This document shows positions 49,101-61,100 of a stretch of 64,000 nucleotides of DNA, in pieces. The translations under genes were made by a program, and so were the position numbers. The DNA lies in contig OX638154.1 of the NCBI GenBank assembly GCA_951804945.1, positions 51,956,001 to 52,020,000 on the forward strand. The letters are read 5' to 3'. Source of the DNA: Podarcis cretensis. Its lineage: Eukaryota. How positions within the stretch are numbered: position 1 is the stretch's first letter; the number at the start of each line of letters is the position of its first letter. The notes under the pieces were generated by a model. The model was given only the letters and a program-made list of their open reading frames with translations, searched no databases and was not told the DNA's origin.

Positions 49101-52100
49101 GCAGAGGGTCAAAGAGTGTACGGAATATATGATTACCTATCAAGTTATTATTTCCGAAGTATTGAGCATTCCAGTCAATGAGAGGAGGATTAGAGGAATT
49201 GGTGAAATTGGGTGCATGTATCCCAAACAAAGTTTTGATCAGGAGTGGGGAATCTGTGACCCTCCAGAAGTTGCTGGCCATTGGCTTTGCAGGCAAGAAC
49301 TGTTGGGAGATGGAATCCAAAAGCATCTGTAAAGTCACACATTTTTCTTTCCTAGTTTAGATAGACATCCATTATGTTTCCAGGCATTCCAAAGCTGCAT
49401 GATAGAGTCTTATTTGTGTTTATCTGTGACTCAGGGCTCTGACAATGGCTATTTTGGTGCTAAGTTCTGGCACTAAACACAGGTTTCTGTGTTGAGACTT
49501 CCAGAACGCATAGCTAAGACTTAAGCATTAGAGTTGACGAAGAATAGAGGGAGAATAAACTCCAACTGAGATGTAGTGTAGCATGACTTTCTGAGGATAA
49601 TAGGAGAAACTAAGAATGTTGTCCATCTTGTTCTGCCCCCAGACAAGTCAGTGCATGTGGCTGATGCAAGCTCTGGGCTTCTTGCTCTCTGCCCTCCAAG
49701 TGGAGGAGATTTTGAAGAATCTGCACTCACTGATTACTCCTTACATCCAGCAGCTGGAGAAGCTGGCTGATGAAACGGTGAGCTACTTCACTTGCTTGGT
49801 GGTGGCTGTTTGCCAACCTTCTTTTAAGAAAGAATAGAGCCTGTTGTGTGTAAAACTCTACTCTTCTTCTTGCAAGTTGTGCCTTGTTTTAACCATACCT
49901 CCCTGGTCTTGCAAGCCTCTCATTTCTTATCTCTGTCCAATGGTTTTTAAATTCCTTCCCCCTGCCCTGTTTTCCATTATGCTTCTGGAGTCAAGAACGG
50001 AGTGGGTGAGAATTGGCTGGGGGGGGGGGAATCAATCACTAGACTATGCTTCACAGTTGTGCTGTCCATTCTTGCTGCCAATCTGGGACATCTGATGTGA
50101 GTGGCCCATATCCTGGGTCTACTGTAACTGCTATAGTGATGCCTTGCCTTGCAGCCAAACCCCTCCAACAAGCTGGCCATCATCCACATCCTGGGCTTGC
50201 TCTCCAACCTCTTCACCACATTGGACATCAGTCATCATGATGATGATCATGAGAGCTCAGAGGTCAAGAAGCTGCCGGTGCCTCAGGGCCCCAATCCGGT
50301 GGGTGTTACATGTGTCTGAGTAGTTCTTTTTATACATTAGGGCATACAACTCCATGTTTATTTGGCTGTGCCTCTTCCCTGCCATGTAACTGTAGGCAGC
50401 TTCTTCTAACTTTTGAAGGGCAGTAGCATAGAATGGTTGAAGGGTTGTGAAAATAGGTGGTGTACAACATAGCACTGTGTGTGTTACTTTAACTATTGGA
50501 ATGAGCCCGTGTAGATTAGCCACTTCATCACCGCAGATTGTGAGCTTTTTGACGTGACTACTGAGTGATCAGAAGAGAGCTCAGAATGTCCCTTCAATTG
50601 TGTATATTTTCTTTGTGTTCGCTTTTAAAAAGAAGTGAGGGCAGCTGCACATCTGGTATTGTGAGACTTTTGAAAACTACTCTGGCATAATATGAGTTGT
50701 GGAGCAATCTCTAGAGAGGCCTCTAATACCATCCTTTCATCCCTGGATCTGAATGGTTGTGAGCTGTCTCCTCCTCCTCAAACTGTAGTAGACCAAGCCA
50801 GTTTCATAATTATCTTCTATCTTCTTCCTCTAGGTAGTGATGGTGCTGCAGCAAGTCTTCCAGCTTATCCAGAAAGTGCTCAGCAAGTGGCTGAATGATG
50901 CCCAGGTTGTGGAGGTAATGCATCATCTAGGTTAAAAAACAAGCAACACTTTGCCCACATAGCTATAGTTAGATAGGAGATTCCCAGGTTGGCACTGGTG
51001 GTTGTTGGCAGAACTTGAAGAATGTATCAGTTACAGATAGGTAGCCGTGTTGGTCTGCCATAGTCAAAACAAAATAAAAAATATCCCTTCCAGTAGCACC
51101 TTAAAGACCAACTAATACTATTCTATACCAAGAACTAACTTAGTTGGTCTTTAAGGTGCTACTGGAAGGAATTTTTTTATTTTGTTTTGAAGAATGTATG
51201 TTTGTGATGTTGGATAAGTCTCTCTTTTCAGTTGATTCCCACATTCTGTTCAATTTGGTATTCTACTTTTAGGCTTAGGAGTTTGGCCGACCACGCCAAA
51301 CTTACCTCACAGAACTGAATTGGAGGTGGGTGGAGGAAACTATATATGGCACCTCAATAGATATTTAGCTAAGGAACAAGTTATTTAACCAGTCCTCCCT
51401 TGACGCAGCTCTTCCTCTTCCCACAGTCTGTGTGCTCCATTTTTGAAAAGTCGGTGAAGACTCTCCTGGATGACTTTGCACCCATGGTGCCTCAACTGTG
51501 TGAGATGCTGGGCCAGATGTATAGCACCATTCCTCAGGCATCTGCCATTGATCTCACTCGACAGGTAAGTCTAAGTACTAGAATTCCTGGAAGCTACTAA
51601 GTTTACAATGGAGGCTGATTACTCAACAGATTAATTCCTACCCACTTAGTATCTTTAGCTTGTCTCCTTTGTTTTGTTCAAGCACAGATATTGCTCAAAA
51701 TGTGTTTTCCCCCATACACACGAATTGTGTATGCACATATCTGAGAAGCTACTGTAGTGTTCCTATGCCAGCTGGTCTCTGTCTCCTTTGCTGTGTTAGC
51801 AGCAAGGGTCTTGTTGATGTTTTTAGGCAAAGAACAGGCAGCTAGACTTACACGGGGGCTACAAATATGGGATGGAATGGAATGGGTCAAACCAGACTGC
51901 TCTGGCTTCAGTCTCCTTTGTATTTTATATCCCCAGCTGGTTCACATCTTTGCCCATGAGCCTGCCCATTTCCCACCTGTCAAGGCGCTCTTTCTGCTCG
52001 TCACATCAGTTACGCTAACACTGTTTCAGCAAGGTACGTGTGCTTGGGCACCTTCAGTCTTGTGAGGCTGCCACGTTGAAAACTGCTGTTCCTGGTTTCA

Positions 52101-55100
52101 GCTGTTCAGACTCGACTATAAGGTGTGTGCAGGTGGGGGGAGGGAACACCATCCTCAGGTCATGGCTGTGCTCGTTCAGTTCCAAAAGCTTTTAGCTGGT
52201 ACAGATGAAGATGAAAAGCTCTTGCTGAGGTGGACTTTCTGGCATGCTTCTCCTCAGGTATCAGTGCCTGAGTGGACAGTAGTGCTGCCATTTCCCCCTC
52301 TTCTCCTGTCCTTCATGACTGGAAATGTGCCCTCCCCGTGTCAGATTCCTGGGTTAGGGCCCCAAGAGGAAGATGAAGCGAGCAATCGGCTCTGAGTAGA
52401 AAGCAAGAATCACTCAGGAGTGTGTTGTAATGTCTTTCAGTTAACCCCATCATGGCTCTTTTTTTTCTCCAGTGGCCTAAATAAAACATTTGTCATGTGG
52501 ACTCTGTATCCTATCTCCCTGGTTCTCCAGCTCAAAGGATTCCTTTTACAGCTTTGTGAAATTCCCAGCAAGCGTTTGGACTTGCCTTTGCATGGAACTG
52601 CCATATTGACTCCATGTTGACCCCAGCTGAGATGAAAAGCTTGGAATACATGTACAGATCCAGTCAGCATGGTTGGTGGGGTATCTGCTTCCTTCTCCAG
52701 GTTCTTGTTTGAACTCAGAATTGATGGGGAGCAACTAGTACTTGGAGTGATGCCCTGTTACTGCCTGACTGGGTCAGGCATAGCCAACATGGAGGAAGAG
52801 AATTCTCAGATCCAGGAAAGCTTATGTGATAATAAATTTGCTAAATTTATAATGCCACAAGGTTTCTGTTTTGTGGAATGGAAGTATGCTTACCAGCAAC
52901 CACACTGGCCTTTCCCTGCAGAAAATGCCAGAAAGTTGGGTTCTTCCCAACTAGGCAGGCATGTGGACATGGGTGTTAGGAAAATACTGTGTTGGGGCTG
53001 TCCATCCAGCACTCTAGTGGATTTCCAATACTTTGTGCCTACTCCATGTCAATACTGGATTTGTTGTTTGACTCTGGAGTTGTCTTTCAGGACCAAGTAA
53101 ATCATGATAACATGTATCCAGTTCAAATGTGCTCGTTCTCCACATGAAGCTGGTGTCCAGTTAGCTCCTGCTTCTCTCTTCCCTTGCTAGGGTGCAATGA
53201 GCTCTCCCCTTCCTATCCTTGGTGCTTGGCAGGGGACTCTGGGCACAGGCCTCTTCCTTTGCACTTTCTTTCTGTTCTTGGGTTTCCAAGCTCCATGATT
53301 TTTGTATGTTTTGTTTCTTTAACTTGCTTCAAGCTGCTCATGTGCCTGCCCTCCTCAACCCACGCCCTTGCACCCTCCCCTTCCTTCCCTTACTCCTGTT
53401 TTCACTTGTAAATTCTTTCTGTATCACATAACTATATGATGTTGAGTTGCTGTTTGTATGATTTTTCTCTTCAGTTACATCTTTATTATATTTTTAGGGC
53501 CCAGGGATCATCCTGATATTGTTGATTCATTTATGCAACTCCTGGCACAGGTGTGTTTTAGTTTCTTATTCATTCACTTTCTGTTCTCTCTCTTTCTCTT
53601 TTTTAATTCAATTTAAACCTATTTTTAGCTTTCTGTTGACAACGTTTTTTCCTTTTAGTTGAATATCGAGTTTCTCCATCTGTTTCCGTGGAAGTTGAAA
53701 ACAAAACATTCTCCTTTTTCATAGGTGTGAGTTTGCCCTTTCCATTCCCCAAGGGGCAATACCTAGTGATGCAACAAGGCTTGTAGGTTGGGTTTGTTTT
53801 CAGGTCATGTGGTGTGGCCTTGCCCAGGAGGGGGCTGCTGAAAAATTGGTAAATGTAGTTCAAGAGTTCTGGCAGCCGCATTCCAGTCCTGGTATAGATC
53901 TGCGTGCTTTTCTGAAGTGACTCTGACTTCTTTACAAATGCTGGCAAGTCCATAGTTTCTGTTTATTAGGTAGGAGTGATGTACTCAGTAACTTGGTGGA
54001 TCTGGGAGGGGCAGCTGATCTAATGGGCAAGGATAGCAGATGAGCCTTGTCTCCCGTGTTTGACCCCAAAACCCTTCTGCACTCCAGCATTTCTGCCAAG
54101 GCTTCCTGTGTCTGGTGTTTTGTTTTTTCCCCCCAGATTGTGCATCTTCCATAGAGCTCTGTCTCTAATGCTGTAATGACATCATGCACAGGGCAGGGCA
54201 AAGCAGTGGTGGTGGAATACAAACAGAGGCTGGTGGGTATCATTCCCTGGAGTAAGTGAAGGATGAAGCACCCCCAGGAAGTGGATTAGAATGAGCAATC
54301 CCTAGACTGAAAATAAGCTGCAGCACTAAGAACTGATGGAGCAGAATGGGGTGGGATCTTATATATTGATCTCCTGACTGTAATAAGATGCTCTCTCGTT
54401 GGCTCTGGTTTATTGTTGCCTAATGGGGTTTCTTTATACTGTGATGGGGGAAGTATCTGAGTGCTTAGCTCCCCCTTGTGGCAGTTAATACAGATGCAAA
54501 TATGGGAGGCAATGTTGCTAATAGGTAAAGGTAAAGGGACCCCTGACCATCAGCTAATACTCACACTTCTCTTCAGTAACACAGTAACAAACTTCCAGAA
54601 AATTCTGAAATTTGACAACAGCAAATCACAAAATTAAAATGCCACCCTTTAGAGTTCTTATTCTTGTTTTGTCATCATGTTAAGGGGATGTCAGCTATCA
54701 ATGTACAGTTAAATATCAAATACTGAAATCAGTTATAATTATATAGGTGGAGCCCTATGGTGGATCCATGTTCTCAGGAAAGGGTTGGAACAATCTCATC
54801 CTAGGAGGGGCGTAGGGAGTAGCTTTAGCCAGATGAAGGAAAAGGAGTTGGAATGGTAGATGTGAAGAGAGGGACTAGGAGAAGCCCCTGGGGCATCCAG
54901 ACACAGTTGAAAGCCCCACAGTAGCTCATGCAGTTTGACACGGAACAACTTGGGACCCCAGATCTTCTGACTGACTGCATCCAGATGAGACCTAATCACC
55001 AGCCAATATTCATCCTGAAGAATTAAAAAATGCAGCACTGTGTCTGGGACAGTGGGTGTCATAGTTTGGCCCATGCTGGAAATTAAAGCAGTAGTGTTTC

Positions 55101-58100
55101 AGTGGACTCAAAACGATGCTATTAATACTTTTTTATATTGTATGTCTTCCTCTCTTGCATATATACACACACATACACACATACTTTCCTCCCTTGGTTG
55201 AATAAATATTGTTTGTTTGCCTCCATAAAATTTGAGAGAAGCTCAAATTAGAAGTTGCCTGGGTTTGGGCTGATTTAGCTACTAGTGCCCAGTATGTTTT
55301 GTTCACCACTTCTTTTGGAGATGTGAAAGCTGGTGGTCTGGAGACACTGCACCCTGCATCTTGGGGTCACTGGCATTCTTGCTGTCTCTTAGTCTACTTC
55401 ATCTGTGAGCCTAAGTCCCATTGCACTTTTGCTATCTCTCAGCATTCACATTAAAACTTAACACACACCCCAAAAGAGGAGAGAGAGGCAGCTGATATAC
55501 TGGTTATTCCCCATATTGTCATTAGCACTTTCATTCTTTCTTTGAGTAAAAAAATAAAATTCTACCTCCTGGTCCGCCAGTCCCACAAAACAGCTTACAA
55601 TAAGATACAATAAAATTCTGAAACAATATTCGAAACACTTGTAACTAAAAGATTAATTACAGTAGTCCACCATTTGAAACTCTTCATCTTCCAACTGCCT
55701 TGCTAAAAATATGTTTGGGCCATGCACCAAAATGCATCTTAGCAGACTCTCTAGAGAGACACTTCCAAGGGCAGGCTGCCATCACCCAAAGAGTCGTGCT
55801 CTTTGTGGCTACCAGCCTACATACACCTGTAGTACTTGGAGCAAGAACTCAAATAAAACAAAAGAGGCAGAGTGGATTTATATGGGAGAATATGACCCTT
55901 GAGGTAACATTGTTCCAAAACTATGCATGGTTCTGGATTCTGTATGAGGCAAAGAGGACTGGGTTGCATTTGAAAGTGCAACTTCTGCAGTCTGCCATTT
56001 TCCTATAATTTGCTGACGGTGTCCCGTTGGCAGAATGTCACCTATACCCTTCTCTCTTGGAGTAAGCCTAAATTGGCAATGCCCTAGAAGACTTATGTTA
56101 ACATTTGCTGTGTTTAACTTGCCCAACTGGTGGCCCATGTCCAGGCTCGTTCTGTCCCAACAACCAAGTTAAAAGACACTGGATATAGGAATATTTGAGA
56201 AGTCTGAAATCCTAGGGGAATGTTCTCCCCTCACGCTTAGTGTGGAGACAAATCAGTAGGAAAATTCTTCGCAGCATCAGCATCAGGCATGCACTTTCTT
56301 TGAAGCCATCTAGTGAGACTAGAATACAGGCCTAGCAGAAGGGTCAGTTTGCTAAAATGAGAAGACCATTGAGTATGTAACAACACTGCTTGTCCATTCA
56401 AGTGGACTGGTACATTGTGAAACATAAATGTTGTGTCTATGGGCAGAATTATGCAAGAATATATACCATTTTCCTTTCTTTGTTCAAAAATCAAATCATA
56501 TTGATTTGCAAGTATTGCCCCACTAATGCCTATATTATCCCTAAATCAAAAGACCAGCAGCCTGGGCTTAAATATACAGTTGAGCTTTCCTGAAATTGTG
56601 TGTGTGTGCTGCCATGTAGAAGAAAAAAAGAAGTGAAGAGGAAAGGGAGATGCAAAAGAATGATCTTTTCTTGGAACAATTTTAATTGCTTAAAATGTCA
56701 GAACACTAGAGTCATTCCTCTAGCATAGGTGTTTACATGAAAATTTTAAATACAGTGGTGCCTCGCAAGACGAAATTAATTCGTTCCGCGAGCTTTTTCG
56801 TCTTGCGATTTTTTCGTCTTGCGAAGCACGGACTTTGGAAAAGCTTCAAAAATCACCAAAGTCTTCAAAAACCTCAAAAAAGGCTACCACACCGCCTGTT
56901 ATGAGTTGCTCCTCGAAGTGAATGCACGGTTTTAAGAAAAAGGAAACAAACTTGCAAGACAAAGGAAACAAACTTGCAAGACGTTTTCGTCTTGCGAAGC
57001 AAGCCCATAGGGAAATCCGTCTTGCGAAGCAACTCAAAAAACGAAAAACTCTTTCATTTTGCAAGTTTTTCGTCTTACGAGGCATTCGTCTTGCGAGGTA
57101 CCACTGTATGTTCTTAGAGGTCCTAGTTTTAGCGCACCCCCATAAGGTTGCTTTGATACAAAGGTAGTTGTTGAGAGACAAAGGGTTAGTGTCAAGTCAT
57201 GAGCATATTGTGAGCTAGCACTGAGTTTCCTTTAACTGGCTGTCATTATGTGGTATATTGGCTAAATTGTTTATGGAGACCTGTATAGTATTAATATAAT
57301 TTATTCTGCATGGTTTAATTTGCTTCACTTTGAATATGAGCAAATGTTTCAGTAATGGAATACAAAGATGTGTGGGCTCAGACATTTGATTTAATTGGCC
57401 TTTTTATCTATTTCTATACTGATGGCTCACAATGCACTGTGTACTAAGCAAATCTGTTTCCACTTAGTTGGCTGTAACACACTGTGGGAGGAATTCAACA
57501 TAGCACTATGGCAATCATTCTGTCAAAGCAAGTGCTTCATCTTGCCATATGGAATGATGCCCCTCTCTTCCTCCTGCAGGCTGTTTTGGGGGGCCTCCTG
57601 GCCCTTCTCCAGCCAATTCGGGTGCAGGGAGAGGGAAGAGGGGAAGCCCCATTGCGCTAGTTCTGCTAGTGGGGCTCATTAGTTGAAACTGGCCGTCAAT
57701 ATGTAAAAATGTACTTGGAGGGATGCAAACAAACGAAACATTCTTTACTAGGGTGATGGAACAAAAATAATTTTTAAAACTTTAGAGTATTAGCAATATT
57801 CCGTAGCAGTTTTAACAGTAGCATTTGCAATACAAGAGCCATTGAAAACTCTGCAGATTAGCACCAGGCAGATATTTACCATTGCATGACAGAAAGGGAC
57901 ATAACGTTGGATCATAGGAAGATGCCTTACACCAGGTCAAACCATTGGTCCATCTAGCTCAGTATTATCTACACTGACTGGTAGTGGCTCTGCCAGGTTT
58001 CAGGCAGGGGACATCCCTAGCCCTACCTGCAGATGTCGGAAATTGTACCTGAGAGCTTCAGTGTGCAAGGCAGATGCTCTGCCACTGAATTACAGCCCTT

Positions 58101-61100
58101 CCCTTAACTCTCTTTGCTCCTTCCACCTGGGTGATGAACAAGTGGACAATCAAGGTGTGTAGAGTGGAAACTGAGAATGCAAAGCTTTGGAAGCTAGTCA
58201 TTGCAGCGATTGGTATCCAGTTGCAGGTACAACTAGCAATACTTCTGCAGCCCTGGAAGATCGTGCTTCATTGACAAAGCACATACTTCACATAGCTATA
58301 TGGGAGTATAAGTTGTTTAGGGCCCTGTTTGTTAATAGGTCTCACCTTGTTTTGCGAATGCCATGGTGTGGAGCAGGTGTTTAGGTCGTTCAGTAATGGA
58401 AGTAACAGTGGGGACTGCTGTCCAAGGTGCTGAAATGGATAGGCTCGCAAAATTCTTGTCTGTGCTTGCTGTCTATGGTGCTGAAATAAGCTGCCAGGCA
58501 GCAATATTTATATTAAGTCACAAGTAAAACCAGACTTTTTGTAGTTTAACAGGAATACTGAAACTAGATGAGCCCCCTTTCCTGACGGTGTAAGAAAGGA
58601 ATTCCCACATATCTAGATTTCTTCATTTGTAGCAAAGTAGGAATCCTAGTAGGTTGTTTCTAGGTAATGTTTCAATTACATGTGTCTTCAGAGGCTCTTA
58701 ATTACCTGGAGTCCTTGATGCCCTTGACTTCAGAAGTGTCCTACTTTTGTTCTTTCCCTTCCTGCTATATCTGACTTACTGTGCACCATGGCTGATGGCC
58801 AGGTAAGTGCACATGGGGGTCTTGGCCAGGGAGCTATTCTGTGGCACTTTTTTGCCCCGGCTTGCCAGAGCTGTGTTTATTGTCTGTGTATGTGTGTGTA
58901 CCTTGCAGGCACTCAAACGGAAACCTGACCTGTTCCTGTGTAGCAGCCTGGATGTCAAAGCAGTATTCCATTGTGGTGAGTAGGCAGGCCCCGTAAGACT
59001 AAGCTATCAAAAAATTGAGCTCCCTTGATGCAGTTGGGAAAGCTGATTTAGCCAAATGAGGCAGTGTTTCTTAAAGGTTCAGATATATGACAACAGCCTG
59101 CATGTTTGATGTAGAAACACCCCTCCAATCAGACCAGCTAAAGCTCCATGTAAAGTCCTTATGCTTGGAGAAGGGAAGGCTCCTTTCCTTCCCGCTCCTG
59201 TGGAAAGCTTTGAATTGTGTTAGCTAAGTCCTGAAGTGTTGCTTTCCCTCTAGGTGTGATCTCCTTGAAGTTCCCTGAAGCACCAACTGTCAAAGCTGCC
59301 TGTGGCTTTTTTGTGAGTGTTTTGCTTTTGCTAGATCTGCCATTGGCCAATGGTACAGGCAGAGTTGCGTTTGGGCCAAGTGGCTTGGAAGCACTTGTGC
59401 TGGGACAGGATGGAGAAGCACCCAGAACTGGTGAGAGGGAGCCTCCTCCAAATTCCAGAAAGGAGCTTTTCCTTTCATAAGTTGCCATTTGGGCCTTTTT
59501 ATTTTCTTTTGCAGTTGGGTTTTTTTGTATGGAGGCATTTTCTCCTAACTGTATATGCCTCCACTCTGTTTGGACATGTATACAGGAATGTGCTTGTCTC
59601 CTACATGGAACTGGAGACAGATGGCTATATATCTGAGTTCTAGCAATACAGTTTGCACCAACTCCTTCTCACTGTTTCTTACAGACTGAGTTATTGCCAC
59701 GTTGTGGGGAGATTCCACCGGTGGGACAAGTGGTACATGAGAATGGCAAAATGCTGCTGCAGGCTGTGCTTGAGGTAAGGAGTGGGGCTTTTCAAGCTAA
59801 GTCAGGGACAATTAGAAGGAATAACTGGAAGGAGCCATGCTCACAGATAAGCTGCACTTATTCCAGTATGTTTTATTAATTCAGCTCCCTTCTAACCAGA
59901 ATATCCCTGAATGATTTGCAGCCTGATCTAGTATTTCGTGTCTTACTTGGAAGCGTGTTCCACTAGGTTCAGTGGTGCTTACTCCCAAGCAAGTGTGCCA
60001 CCTTGGCCACTTCCTTTTTAAAAACACTTCCTTGATGCAATCTGCTGGAGCCTTCTTAGGTTTGTAATGTAATGCTCCCTCCTGCAGTGCAGTCTCCTGG
60101 GAGGATTATTGTCTGGTGTTAACTGGATTTGCTCCATCTGCAGGGTGTAGGTGGCCAAGCCGCACGCAACTTGATGGATCACTTTGCTGAGATCCTCTTT
60201 GCTCTCAACAAGCACTGCTTCAGTTACTTGAGTGTCTGGATCAAGGAAGTGATGCAGCAGGATGGTTTTCCATCAGCCCGTGTCAGCCCTGAACAAAAGG
60301 AAATCTTCAGCCAGCAAATTCTCAGGTAAACTTTCTCTTGAAGACTTTTCTGGAAGACTGAGTTGGGGAAGATGTGTGAGCGGGTTTCTTGGCTCTTCAG
60401 CTTTCTTTCTGTGCCCCCAAATTGTCATGAGTGATCATGATAGATACTGAGCATTTCCCCAGGTTCAACAGTTCTCCCCAGAATCATCTACAATAAAGAG
60501 CTTGCTTATTTTTTTTATTTTTTAGTTAATTAATTAAGATGTTCAGAAAGGTTCAAGGTATTTATATAAAGTAGAGGTAAATAGAAAAGTGTAGCACGGA
60601 AACTAAACATGAACTTGAGTTTTTATCCTTGTAGAGACATGCCTCCTATCTTGGTGTTGCTTTGGTTTCTCCTTTAAGCCCCTGCTACTCCATGTAAACA
60701 CCCATGAATTCACCAGCATTTAATAATTATTATAACAGGAACATAAGCAGAGCCTGCTGTATCGGGCCATTGGCCTGTTCTGGCAGGCTCTTCTTGTATT
60801 CTTATGGCTGGAAGAGCAGGATTCACTAGATTAATCCAGACACCGATGAACTGAGATGCACTGGTGAACGATAATTTGCAGAACAGGAACATGAGTTATT
60901 TGAAAGAGGATGTCTTAATGGAGGGCAGCAATGATTATAGTAGCTGTGCAGAGCACGTCTGCAGTGCTCAGCTCTCAGTGCTGGGGATTCCATGGGTTTG
61001 GCACTGGGTGGTGCCCTTGTGTATGGGAACATCCGACTCTAGCCATTCTTATATATCAGCCTTTCATAGTTCTTTTTCTGTGTTAGCAGAGAGCGTGTGA

